This document shows positions 47,820 to 56,430 of a stretch of DNA of 64,000 nucleotides, in pieces (the stretch's first letter is position 1; the number at the start of each line of letters is the position of its first letter). The translations under genes were made by a program, and so were the position numbers. Source of the DNA: Bdellovibrionales bacterium (lineage in GTDB: Bacteria; Bdellovibrionota; Bdellovibrionia; Bdellovibrionales; JAGQZY01); contig CAXRHT010000003.1 of NCBI GenBank assembly GCA_964230645.1, positions 704,001-768,000 on the forward strand. Direction: 5' to 3'. Below the pieces are notes generated by a model. That model had not been told where the DNA came from. It searched no databases and saw nothing but the letters and a program-made list of their open reading frames with translations.

Positions 47820-48596
47820 CTACCAAGGTAGTTTTTCCCCGTCCCAAGAGTAGAAGGCACCGTTATCAGTAGGAATTTGTAGTTGCTTGACAACCTTCCA
47901 CAAATTCTCAGCCGTGTCGTTGGGAGTATGAATCTTGTACTTCTTCTTTGCGGTTTCCATGAAGGGTTCAGAGAGTTTGGTTTCAGTAGTCCCTGGGTGA
48001 AGGGCGACAATTAAGGAACTTTTATTAAACCGTCCCAATTCTCTAGAGAATGTTTTCATAAACATATTCAAGGAGGCTTTTGCCATTCGGTAGCTATACC
48101 AGCCGCCAATATTGTTATCAGTGATACTCCCGACCTTTGCGGAGATGGAAAAAAAGCGGGGTTGTTCGGACGCTCTTAAAAGAGCTTTAAAGTATTTGCC
48201 TATCAAAATTGCTGGAATGACATTATTTTCATAGACCTTTAAATGTCCCTCGGGGGTTAACTCTTCAGCCTTTCTCTCTGGTCCAAGATCACCTATAGTA
48301 AGGATACCTATACAATTGATGATTAAATCGATCTTTTTAATTTTAAGTTTCTCCAACTTCTCACAAAAACTTAAGAAGTCGGGCTCCTTAGTGCCCTCGA
48401 GTTCAATCAGGGTTAAACGATCTTTAAATTGTTGCGAAAGGTCTTTTAAACTCTGCTTGTCACTGCTTTTTCTATAGGTTGCGAAAACCTGGGAGGAGGG
48501 ATTTTCATTTAATAGGAGATTGGTAAACGCTAAACCAATCCCTGAACTCGCCCCAAAAACGACTTGAATTTCTTGATCAGGACGAGATTGACTCAT
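47820..48596 (-). CDS. Short-chain dehydrogenase/reductase (CsgA/C-factor-like)
   Basis: GASSGIG, ISAKVGSITDN..GGWYSYRMAKASLN, LHPGTTET, WDGE.LPW. Confidence 0.9.
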   Translation of the reverse strand: MSQSRPDQEIQVVFGASSGIGLAFTNLLLNENPSSQVFATYRKSSDKQSLKDLSQQFKDRLTLIELEGTKEPDFLSFCEKLEKLKIKKIDLIINCIGILTIGDLGPERKAEELTPEGHLKVYENNVIPAILIGKYFKALLRASEQPRFFSISAKVGSITDNNIGGWYSYRMAKASLNMFMKTFSRELGRFNKSSLIVALHPGTTETKLSEPFMETAKKKYKIHTPNDTAENLWKVVKQLQIPTDNGAFYSWDGEKLPW

Positions 48597-50714
48597 CTAG
48601 TTTTTCACCTTGAAAAGGTGTTTGTGGAAGAATTCGTAAATCAATGCGCGTCTATGGGCTTCTTCCTCAAGGTTAACCATGGTGGAATGTCCGCCTTGTT
48701 GATTCTCGTAATAATAAATATCATCAAAACCCATATCTTGCATTTTATGAGCCATCTTCCTTGCGTGTCCCGGATGGACTCGGTCGTCTTTTTGTGAGGT
48801 GTAAAAAAAGACGGCTGGATAATCCTTGGTTTTCTTAACATTTTGGTAAGGGGAGTATTTTAGGATATAGGATCTCTCCTTAGGAACTGAAGGATCGCCA
48901 TACTCAGAAATCCAGCTCGCTCCTGCTAAAAGTTTTGTGTAGCGAATCATATCGATCAAAGGAACTATCGAGGAAACCGCTCCGAAAAGATCTGGCCGTT
49001 GCACCATGACAGCTGAAACCAAAAGTCCACCATTACTACGGCCACGAATACCTAGTTTTTTATTTGTTGTGAACTTTCTTTTGATCAAATTCTCGGCCAC
49101 TGCAATAAAGTCATCATAGGCTTTTTGACGATTCTTTTTAAGAGCAGCTTGGTGCCAATCGGGACCAAACTCTCCTCCGCCACGGATGTTAGCTAGGACA
49201 AAAAGACCGCCTTTCTCAAGCCAGTTGTGCCCTATTTCGGAGTTATAGCGAGGCAATAAATTGATTTGAAATCCGCCATATCCGTAGAGAATGGTCGGAG
49301 CCTGACCTTTTTTCAATGCCGACTTTTTACCAACAATGAAATAGGGAACACGAGTCCCATCGGCACTCTTTGCCCAGTACTGCTTTAATGTCATGCCTTT
49401 TGTTTTAAACTTTCCTTTTAATGACTTAAGAATGCTCTTCTTTTTAGTGTCGGCATCATAGTAGTAGAGCCTAGAAGGCTTAAGGTAGTTTTCAGCTTTA
49501 AATAGTAAATGATTTTGTTTTCTGGAGGAGTCCATCATTTTTATAACCGAGCTACTGCTGGCGAGCTTTAAATTCGTGCTAACAAACTCTCCGTTTTTGT
49601 AAGATATTTTTTTGAGTTTTGTTTTTACGTTTTCTAGGACTGTGAAGACCATAGAGTCCTTCAACACCACTGCGTCCAAAAGAGAAGCTTTAGGTTTCGG
49701 AGTGAAAACAAGTTTGAGGTCTTCTTTTTTTATTTTTTTCCCAAAAGATTCTGTACCTAGAGCTAGGACCTGACCTTTTTTAAATTCAAATTCTTTTGTT
49801 TCCCAATTGTCTTTGAGTTCAAAAATTAAAAAACCTGAGAAGATTGTTAGAACTCGCACTGTACTGGGGATGTTGATGGGTTTCTGATAGTTTTTACCTG
49901 CGCTTAAAATTTGTTTTTCCCAGAAACCCTTGTGGAGTTGAGCCAAGGTATAGTGCCGATTGCCGTCTTGATAGGTTTCAAATTCCATTCCTAGATAATC
50001 TTTCGGCAATTCAAAAACAGTTTTAGCTTTGTCTAAAGGAGTTCCTCGGCGCCATACCTTTCCTAGTCTCCCGTAACCGGACTCTGTCAACGATCCCTCT
50101 CCAAAATTAGAAGATACCAAGAGGTGGTGACGGTCAATCCAGCGCACATCGGTTTTAGCTTCGGGAATGACAAAGCCATTTTTTACAAAACGTTTTTTTC
50201 TGGTGTTGAACTCTCTATAAACCGCTGCGTCGGTTCCTCCTGGTGAAAGCGCGAGTAAACACAGAGTTTCTTTTGGCTTTAAGCAAGTGTAGCTGTTCAA
50301 GACCCATGGCTTTTTCTCTTTCTTCGCCAGACGATCGATATTGAGAACAGTTTCCCAATCCTCGATATTTTTCAGTCGATTGGAAATTTTCGTTCTTTTC
50401 CACAGTCCTTTAGGATTTTTTTTGGTTCTCCATAAGGTGTAGTAGTATTCGCCCAAAGTGTTGATATTAGGAATTTGATTCGAAGACTCTAGGTTTTCAT
50501 TGGTAAACGCTTTCATTTCTTCGAATCTTTTGGATTGCGCGAGCTGTTCATTGGTTTTTTTGTTTTGGTCTTTGGCCCATTCCACAGCCTTTTTACCCTC
50601 AACTTCTTCTAACCAGAGATATGGGTCCTCCTCAGCCTGAGGTGTCGAGGAGCAAGCTGCGACAAAGAGCAAGCAATAGCTTAGTAGAATCTGAACGGTG
50701 GCTTTTAATGTCAT
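48597..50714 (-). CDS. Prolyl oligopeptidase (S9A) lipoprotein
   Basis: Lipobox VAAC, DPYLWLE, YGYGGF, NIRGGGEFG, GRSNGG nucleophile, DDRV, GGH. Confidence 0.93.
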   Translation of the reverse strand: MTLKATVQILLSYCLLFVAACSSTPQAEEDPYLWLEEVEGKKAVEWAKDQNKKTNEQLAQSKRFEEMKAFTNENLESSNQIPNINTLGEYYYTLWRTKKNPKGLWKRTKISNRLKNIEDWETVLNIDRLAKKEKKPWVLNSYTCLKPKETLCLLALSPGGTDAAVYREFNTRKKRFVKNGFVIPEAKTDVRWIDRHHLLVSSNFGEGSLTESGYGRLGKVWRRGTPLDKAKTVFELPKDYLGMEFETYQDGNRHYTLAQLHKGFWEKQILSAGKNYQKPINIPSTVRVLTIFSGFLIFELKDNWETKEFEFKKGQVLALGTESFGKKIKKEDLKLVFTPKPKASLLDAVVLKDSMVFTVLENVKTKLKKISYKNGEFVSTNLKLASSSSVIKMMDSSRKQNHLLFKAENYLKPSRLYYYDADTKKKSILKSLKGKFKTKGMTLKQYWAKSADGTRVPYFIVGKKSALKKGQAPTILYGYGGFQINLLPRYNSEIGHNWLEKGGLFVLANIRGGGEFGPDWHQAALKKNRQKAYDDFIAVAENLIKRKFTTNKKLGIRGRSNGGLLVSAVMVQRPDLFGAVSSIVPLIDMIRYTKLLAGASWISEYGDPSVPKERSYILKYSPYQNVKKTKDYPAVFFYTSQKDDRVHPGHARKMAHKMQDMGFDDIYYYENQQGGHSTMVNLEEEAHRRALIYEFFHKHLFKVKN

Positions 50715-50805
50715 GATTTACTCCCCAGAAAGAATCAAGGGCGCATATTAAAAGACATTTCTATAGGTTTAAAGATATTTTTGATTTGATAGCGGCGGTC
50801 AAAAA

Positions 50806-51516
50806 TTAGGCGACTTTTTTAGGCTCTTCAGGCTCCTGGCCTTGGAAGCGCTTCATATAGTCTAAGATTATGGCATTGGACTCGGCTTGAATCTCCCCAA
50901 ATCGGATACCCACAAAGCCCTGATCGGTATTATAGACCACAGTGCCATTGACGTTAATTGAGGTGCCGAGGTCTTCGCTCTCGACTTTGAGAGTCACTTG
51001 CGTTCCTGGCTCAAAATTAGGCCCCAGCCCGTAAACACCAATACCGCCCTGACCTATGGTGGCCGTTTTGACGACATAGCTAAAACGCGAAGCATCGCGA
51101 GTGATTTTGGCCAGTCCCATTAGCGGGGCTCTAAGGAAGTTTCTCCTTGAGAGGTTCAAAGCCTCCATAAAAGGATAGGAAGAGAAAACCGGAACCCAAT
51201 TGTGAGAGTCTTGGTTGGCCACGGCCACCATCTGTAAACTCTCCATTTCTTTGAGCTCATTAACGACTTGATTGAAATCGAGGTCCTCGATGCTTCCTTT
51301 GGGCGTACGAATCTTCCACTTCTTTCCATCGCCGTTTGTCATGGCTGACATCTTATCCAGGTTTCCTTCCCATTCAGAAACGGGCACCCATTCCACTTGT
51401 CCCTTAGACCAAATGTAGGCGCCATAGCTGATCTCGCCATCTTTAAGGTCTTTAAGAATCTTCTCTGTGGTAAAAGGTCCTAATATTTTTTCATCGTGGT
51501 GAACAAACCAAGTCAT
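50806..51516 (-). CDS. GYF_2 plus PilZ domain protein
   Basis: W.......GPFT..I...L..G.I.....IW..G..EW, RRNFLR motif, TIGQGG, GIRF. Confidence 0.85.
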   Translation of the reverse strand: MTWFVHHDEKILGPFTTEKILKDLKDGEISYGAYIWSKGQVEWVPVSEWEGNLDKMSAMTNGDGKKWKIRTPKGSIEDLDFNQVVNELKEMESLQMVAVANQDSHNWVPVFSSYPFMEALNLSRRNFLRAPLMGLAKITRDASRFSYVVKTATIGQGGIGVYGLGPNFEPGTQVTLKVESEDLGTSINVNGTVVYNTDQGFVGIRFGEIQAESNAIILDYMKRFQGQEPEEPKKVA

Positions 51517-51523
51517 CGTCTCT

Positions 51524-51551
51524 TTATCGGCGGCGGGGCAGGGGAACTTGA
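51524..51551 (-). promoter_or_regulatory. FliA promoter
   Basis: TCAAG-N15-GCCGATAA on the minus strand, perfect -10 element. Confidence 0.75.
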
Positions 51552-51631
51552 GCCTTTTTGCCCCCGTTTCAATATGATATGACTTAGGGACTCGGGCGAG
51601 ATTATAATCGCTTTAAAAGGTAAATCGCTTT

Positions 51632-52609
51632 ATGTGGAAATGGATTGTCGCAACATTGATTTTCGGTCTGATCGTTTTGGAGCTTGTTTTTTTTGCTCCT
51701 CAAGCGGGCGACCGCAAGACCGGTAAGGATTGGAAAGATTCTGCTGACCAAGCGGCTGTGGAAAAAGATGTTGAGCAGGTTCTCTCGGGCATTCACCTGG
51801 TTGAAGGAAAGGGTGAGAAGAAATCATGGGAGCTTGATTCCGACCAGGCCACAAAAAAGAAAAACAGTGAAGACTGGCACCTTGAAACCGTGAAGGTGAA
51901 ATTTTTTGGAGAAAACTCCGTTTCCTATGTCGCTAACGGCGATGAAGGCTATGTGGGTGACAATCAAAAAAAACTAAAAATCGAAGGGGATGTGGTTATC
52001 ACCTCTTCGAATGGTTATGTCCTTAATACAGAGGTTATTTTTTACAAAGCCAAAGATCGCACCATTGATGGTCCAAAGCCGGTGAAGCTCAAAGGGCCGC
52101 CGGATAAAAATGGCGATGGTGGTCCCCTTTTTATGGAGAGCGATACATTTGATGCAAGTCTCAATACGAACATCATTAATCTAAAGAAAAATGTACGTGG
52201 CCGCAAAAGAATGAGTGGGGGGCGGAAAATGAAAATTCGTTCTCGCAAAGCGATTTTTAGTGGACAGTCCAATTACGCTCTTTTTAGAGAAGACGTTGTC
52301 ATCAATGTCGACGATATGACGATCACAGGACCTAGAGCGAAATTTATTTACAAAGACAATGAGCTCTACTCGATGCTCATTGATGGCGGAGTAAAAATTA
52401 AGGATATAACCCGTTGGGGGGTGGCCGGTGAGGCTGAAGTCTTTTTCCAAGAAGACAAGTATATTTTTCGAGACAATCCAAAAGTGGTGGAAGGGCCGGA
52501 TCAACTAGTCGGTGATATTATTATCGTCTATAATGGGGGTGACCGCATCGAAGTGAAAAAGGCAAAGACGCGGTACAATTCCAACTCAGCCAAGGAGAGA
52601 AACTATTAG
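51632..52609 (+). CDS. lptC: LPS export protein, LptC with fused LptA-like domain
   Basis: N-terminal TM, WELDSDQA and L.TE.I.Y jellyroll, second jellyroll (GD.I.VY), directly upstream of lptB. Confidence 0.82.
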   Translation: MWKWIVATLIFGLIVLELVFFAPQAGDRKTGKDWKDSADQAAVEKDVEQVLSGIHLVEGKGEKKSWELDSDQATKKKNSEDWHLETVKVKFFGENSVSYVANGDEGYVGDNQKKLKIEGDVVITSSNGYVLNTEVIFYKAKDRTIDGPKPVKLKGPPDKNGDGGPLFMESDTFDASLNTNIINLKKNVRGRKRMSGGRKMKIRSRKAIFSGQSNYALFREDVVINVDDMTITGPRAKFIYKDNELYSMLIDGGVKIKDITRWGVAGEAEVFFQEDKYIFRDNPKVVEGPDQLVGDIIIVYNGGDRIEVKKAKTRYNSNSAKERNY

Positions 52610-53327
52610 CCAGCTGGTCGTTAAAGGCATTCATAAGAGTTTTAAGCACCGTCATGTGGTGAAGGGTGTTTCTCTTGAAGTGGAATCTTCCTCGGTGGTT
52701 GGCCTTCTTGGGCCCAATGGAGCTGGTAAAACCACAAGCTTCTATATGGTCGTTGGTTTAGTGCGCCCTGATGAAGGGCAGATCCATTTGAATGACGAAG
52801 TCATCACTGGACTTCCGATTTATGAAAGAGCCAGGCGAGGAATTAGTTATCTTCCCCAAGAGCCCAGTGTTTTTCGGAAGCTCACTGTGAAAGAAAACAT
52901 CCAAGTAGCACTTGATGCCCAAAACATCCGTGGCTCCCAGAAACAAGAAACATTAGAAAGACTATTGAATGAATTCAGTTTAAATCACATCACCGAAAGC
53001 TATGGATATGCTTTATCCGGTGGTGAGAGAAGGCGAGTGGAAATCGCACGGTCTTTGGTCGGGCGACCAAAGTTCTTATTGCTTGATGAGCCTTTTGCCG
53101 GGATCGACCCAATTGCGGTGTACGATATCCAGCAGATTATAAAAAAATTACGGGACCAAGGTATCGGAATTCTCATAACAGACCATAATGTGCGGGAAAC
53201 GCTCGGCATTTGTGATTTTAGTTATATAATGAAGGAAGGGGCGGTCCAAGTGAAGGGAAGCCCCGACGATATCGCCAAATCAGAACTTGCGAGAAAGTTC
53301 TATCTTGGCGAGAATTTTCGACTCTAG
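52605..53327 (+). CDS. lptB: LPS export ABC ATPase
   Basis: GLLGPNGAGKTTSFYM, YLPQE.SVFRKL, LSGGERRRVEIAR, LDEPFAGIDP, TDHNVRETL. Start probably ATT at 52605; the ORF track gives GTG 52656. Confidence 0.96.
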   Translation: MSQLVVKGIHKSFKHRHVVKGVSLEVESSSVVGLLGPNGAGKTTSFYMVVGLVRPDEGQIHLNDEVITGLPIYERARRGISYLPQEPSVFRKLTVKENIQVALDAQNIRGSQKQETLERLLNEFSLNHITESYGYALSGGERRRVEIARSLVGRPKFLLLDEPFAGIDPIAVYDIQQIIKKLRDQGIGILITDHNVRETLGICDFSYIMKEGAVQVKGSPDDIAKSELARKFYLGENFRL

Positions 53328-53338
53328 GAAGGAGCAGA

Positions 53339-54778
53339 ATGGCCGTTCATATGAAACAGAGTTTAGCCCTCAAACAGGCGCTGAGGATGACCCCTCAGTT
53401 GCAGCAGGCAATTAAACTCTTGCAACTATCGCGACTCGAACTGGAAACCGAAATTCGTAAAGAACTTGTTGAAAACCCTGTTCTCGAAGAGGGTATGGAA
53501 GTTGCTAATGATGAGGTTCGAAAGGAATCCGAAACTCCTCAACAAGATGCGGACATGCAAGACCCCAGAAAACAAGATGAGTTTGAATGGGACGACTATT
53601 TCGAAAAGCAACAAAAGTCTAGAGAGACTAACTTTTCTCGCAGTAATGACGAGATCATGAATTATGAGAATATCATTGCGTCCAAAGAAACCTTGCATGG
53701 TCATTTAACCTGGCAAGCCGGACTTTATGGTTTCAATGAAGAAGAGCTTGAGCAAGCACAAATGCTCATCGAGTACATTTCTGACGATGGTTACTTGAAA
53801 ACCCCTCTTGATGAGATATCCAAAGATGAAGGCGTTCCGGTTGAAGAGTTGGAAGAGACTCTGACAATGGTACAGGAGTTTGACCCTCCGGGAGTCGGCG
53901 CGCGTAACCTGCAAGAGTGCCTATTGATTCAAGCGAAGCATTTACAAGAAGACACTCACGATTTTGTTCACCTAATCAATAATCATATGCATGATTTGGA
54001 AAAGAAAAATTATCCAGGCATTGCAAAGGCCATGGAAATCTCTGTGGAAGAAGTCATTGATATGTGCAAGATCATCAATACCATGGAGCCGAAGCCCGGT
54101 CGGGCCTTTACCTCCAATGACACACACTATGTGACACCGGATGTGTATGTTTATAAAGTGGGGGATGAGTACGTTGTTTCTTTGAACGAAGATGGACTCC
54201 CTAAATTAAGAATTTCTAACTTTTATAAGAATATGCTCGCTGAGCACGAAGAAAAAAATAAAAAAGAAAAAGGCAAAAAGAACGAAGCGCAAGATTATGT
54301 CCAAGACAAGCTTCGTTCCGCCGTGTGGTTAATCAAGTCAATTCACCAGAGGCAGCGCACGATTTACAAAGTCTCCGAGAGTATCGTCAAGCACCAACAG
54401 GAGTTCTTTGAAAAAGGACCGGCTTTTATCAAGCCCATGATTCTTAGAGACATTGCAAATGATATTGAAATGCACGAATCCACCGTTTCACGTGTGACGA
54501 CAGCTAAATATATGCACACTCCGCAAGGGATCTTTGAGCTAAAATACTTTTTTAACTCAGGAATTAGTAAAACCGGTGGAGGCTCGCTGGCGAGTGAGTC
54601 TGTTAAGCTTAAGATTAAAGATCTTATCGATGAAGAGGATCCGAAGAAGCCTCTTTCCGATCAAAAAATCGTGGATCTTCTTAAAAAAGACGGGATTAAG
54701 ATTGCCAGAAGAACTGTGGCTAAATATAGAGATGTTCTTAAAATTTTACCCTCTAGTAAAAGAAAGAAATACTTTTAA
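53339..54778 (+). CDS. rpoN: RNA polymerase sigma54 factor
   Basis: MTPQLQQAIKLLQL, HESTVSRVT, RpoN box ARRTVAKYR. Confidence 0.99.
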   Translation: MAVHMKQSLALKQALRMTPQLQQAIKLLQLSRLELETEIRKELVENPVLEEGMEVANDEVRKESETPQQDADMQDPRKQDEFEWDDYFEKQQKSRETNFSRSNDEIMNYENIIASKETLHGHLTWQAGLYGFNEEELEQAQMLIEYISDDGYLKTPLDEISKDEGVPVEELEETLTMVQEFDPPGVGARNLQECLLIQAKHLQEDTHDFVHLINNHMHDLEKKNYPGIAKAMEISVEEVIDMCKIINTMEPKPGRAFTSNDTHYVTPDVYVYKVGDEYVVSLNEDGLPKLRISNFYKNMLAEHEEKNKKEKGKKNEAQDYVQDKLRSAVWLIKSIHQRQRTIYKVSESIVKHQQEFFEKGPAFIKPMILRDIANDIEMHESTVSRVTTAKYMHTPQGIFELKYFFNSGISKTGGGSLASESVKLKIKDLIDEEDPKKPLSDQKIVDLLKKDGIKIARRTVAKYRDVLKILPSSKRKKYF

Positions 54779-54832
54779 AGCCAAAATGATCTTTATACCG
54801 AATAAACTCTTTGGCTATTCTCAAGGTTTTCA

Positions 54833-55486
54833 ATGAAGTTTGGAAAGCGAGAGGCCATTCGGAGTATCAACAAGCATGGAGTTTGTCTTGTCTATCCCTT
54901 AAAGGGAAAAGACCCATTACCATCATTGTGGTCTGATTTTTTTCCTCGCTCGAATATGGATTGGGCTTGGGATGAAGAGGCCGATGAAAGAGTCAATGAC
55001 CTATGGATTCTAATGAAAGAACTCTCAACTTCCAGAAAGGTCGTCTATTCGAAGTGGTTTCGAGATCGAGGCACTTTTTTCTCACAAGATATTTTTGTGG
55101 CCTATCTTGCTTACCTCCGTCAGTATGGACAATTGCAACACAATCTTTTTCCTGAGGCTCGCCTTGTCTTCCAAGCCCTTAGTGAGAATTCCCCGCTGTC
55201 TACAAAAGAACTAAAAAAAGCAACAGAGCTTGAGGGCGCCTTTTTTAAGTCCACATACAGTAAGGCCTTAAGAGTTCTTTATCGCCGAGGGTTAATTGTT
55301 AGTTACGGCGAGCAGTATGATGGTGTTTTTCCTTCGGCTTGTATGGGGGCGACGTCTCTGATTTTTGAAGAGCTATGGAAGAAGTCTCAACAGAATCCTT
55401 CTGTCGAACCCATCGAAAGGCTAATAAAAGCTCATCCAGCTTTTGCTCGACAAGTTCAAAGGGTAGTAAAAGAGCTTAGTCTTTAG
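54833..55486 (+). CDS. Winged-helix protein, possibly AlkZ-related
   Basis: PSLW...W...KEL....VVYSKWFRDRGTFFS, then a wHTH-like PLSTKELKK...L..L...GLIV. Confidence 0.55.
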   Translation: MKFGKREAIRSINKHGVCLVYPLKGKDPLPSLWSDFFPRSNMDWAWDEEADERVNDLWILMKELSTSRKVVYSKWFRDRGTFFSQDIFVAYLAYLRQYGQLQHNLFPEARLVFQALSENSPLSTKELKKATELEGAFFKSTYSKALRVLYRRGLIVSYGEQYDGVFPSACMGATSLIFEELWKKSQQNPSVEPIERLIKAHPAFARQVQRVVKELSL

Positions 55487-55612
55487 GGGCCTTAGAAAGA
55501 GTGGCTGTTAAAATCGCCTCAACCTGAGACGAAAGCCGAGCAGCAATATCTTAATAAGATAAAATGTTTAACAATAAGGATAGGTGTTCATTTTTTTGAA
55601 CAGGGGATAATA

Positions 55613-56419
55613 ATGTTAAAAATTGTATTGGTTTTTTTAATTGGTTTGATTTTTGTATTTCAAAACTGTGCTGATAGTGTGAATTTTGCGGAGGCTCCCT
55701 CGGCTAGAGAATATATAAATAGCCAGCTTTCAGACGACAACAGTGACATTGTCGAACTTATTAAAAAAATCTGTCAACGTACAAGAACAAAGGTGAAAGT
55801 GCCGGTCTTTTTTAAAAAGCCGGATACCTCGTGCCCGTGGGGAGAAAATGGCAATCTAGAGCCTAAAACTTTGTGGGGCACGCCCCAGGCCAATGATGAT
55901 GGTAATCTCAATGATTTTTTCAATGCACGTATCGAGCAAGTTGAGTCTCTCAACATTTCAAAAGATGCCGTCGTCTGTGATGTGAAGTTTGATTTTAAAG
56001 TTCAGCCATTCCTATATGATGACCATATTCTCTTATTAATGAATGATCATCTTATCGCTTCAAGTTATGATTTTTCTGAAGATTTTCAACTTGGTAGTAA
56101 TGGACTACTGAATTATCAATGGCAAGATATCGCGGGCATTCCCTGGGATTTAACTAAAGAAGGAATGTTTTGCGCCAAGGTGGATGCAAACGATACTTCT
56201 CGTTGTAGCTTCCCGGAAACTGATACCGACGGACAAATAATTTTAGAATATAAGCCTGAGCTCATTCAAAGTATCATGGCCGCTGGAGTTCCCGACCAAC
56301 ATAAATTTACCTTTGTCACTCTTGGAGACAACGATGACACTCGTTTTAACTCCAGCGACAACAACGATTGCGAACATTCGGATCTTCGCTTCGAAGTTGA
56401 AGTTGAATTCGTACAGTAG
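55613..56419 (+). CDS. FQNC-type lipoprotein of unknown function
   Basis: Signal ending FVFQNC, acidic, GDNDD...DCEH C-terminus. Confidence 0.78.
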   Translation: MLKIVLVFLIGLIFVFQNCADSVNFAEAPSAREYINSQLSDDNSDIVELIKKICQRTRTKVKVPVFFKKPDTSCPWGENGNLEPKTLWGTPQANDDGNLNDFFNARIEQVESLNISKDAVVCDVKFDFKVQPFLYDDHILLLMNDHLIASSYDFSEDFQLGSNGLLNYQWQDIAGIPWDLTKEGMFCAKVDANDTSRCSFPETDTDGQIILEYKPELIQSIMAAGVPDQHKFTFVTLGDNDDTRFNSSDNNDCEHSDLRFEVEVEFVQ

Positions 56420-56430
56420 TTTTTAAGGAA

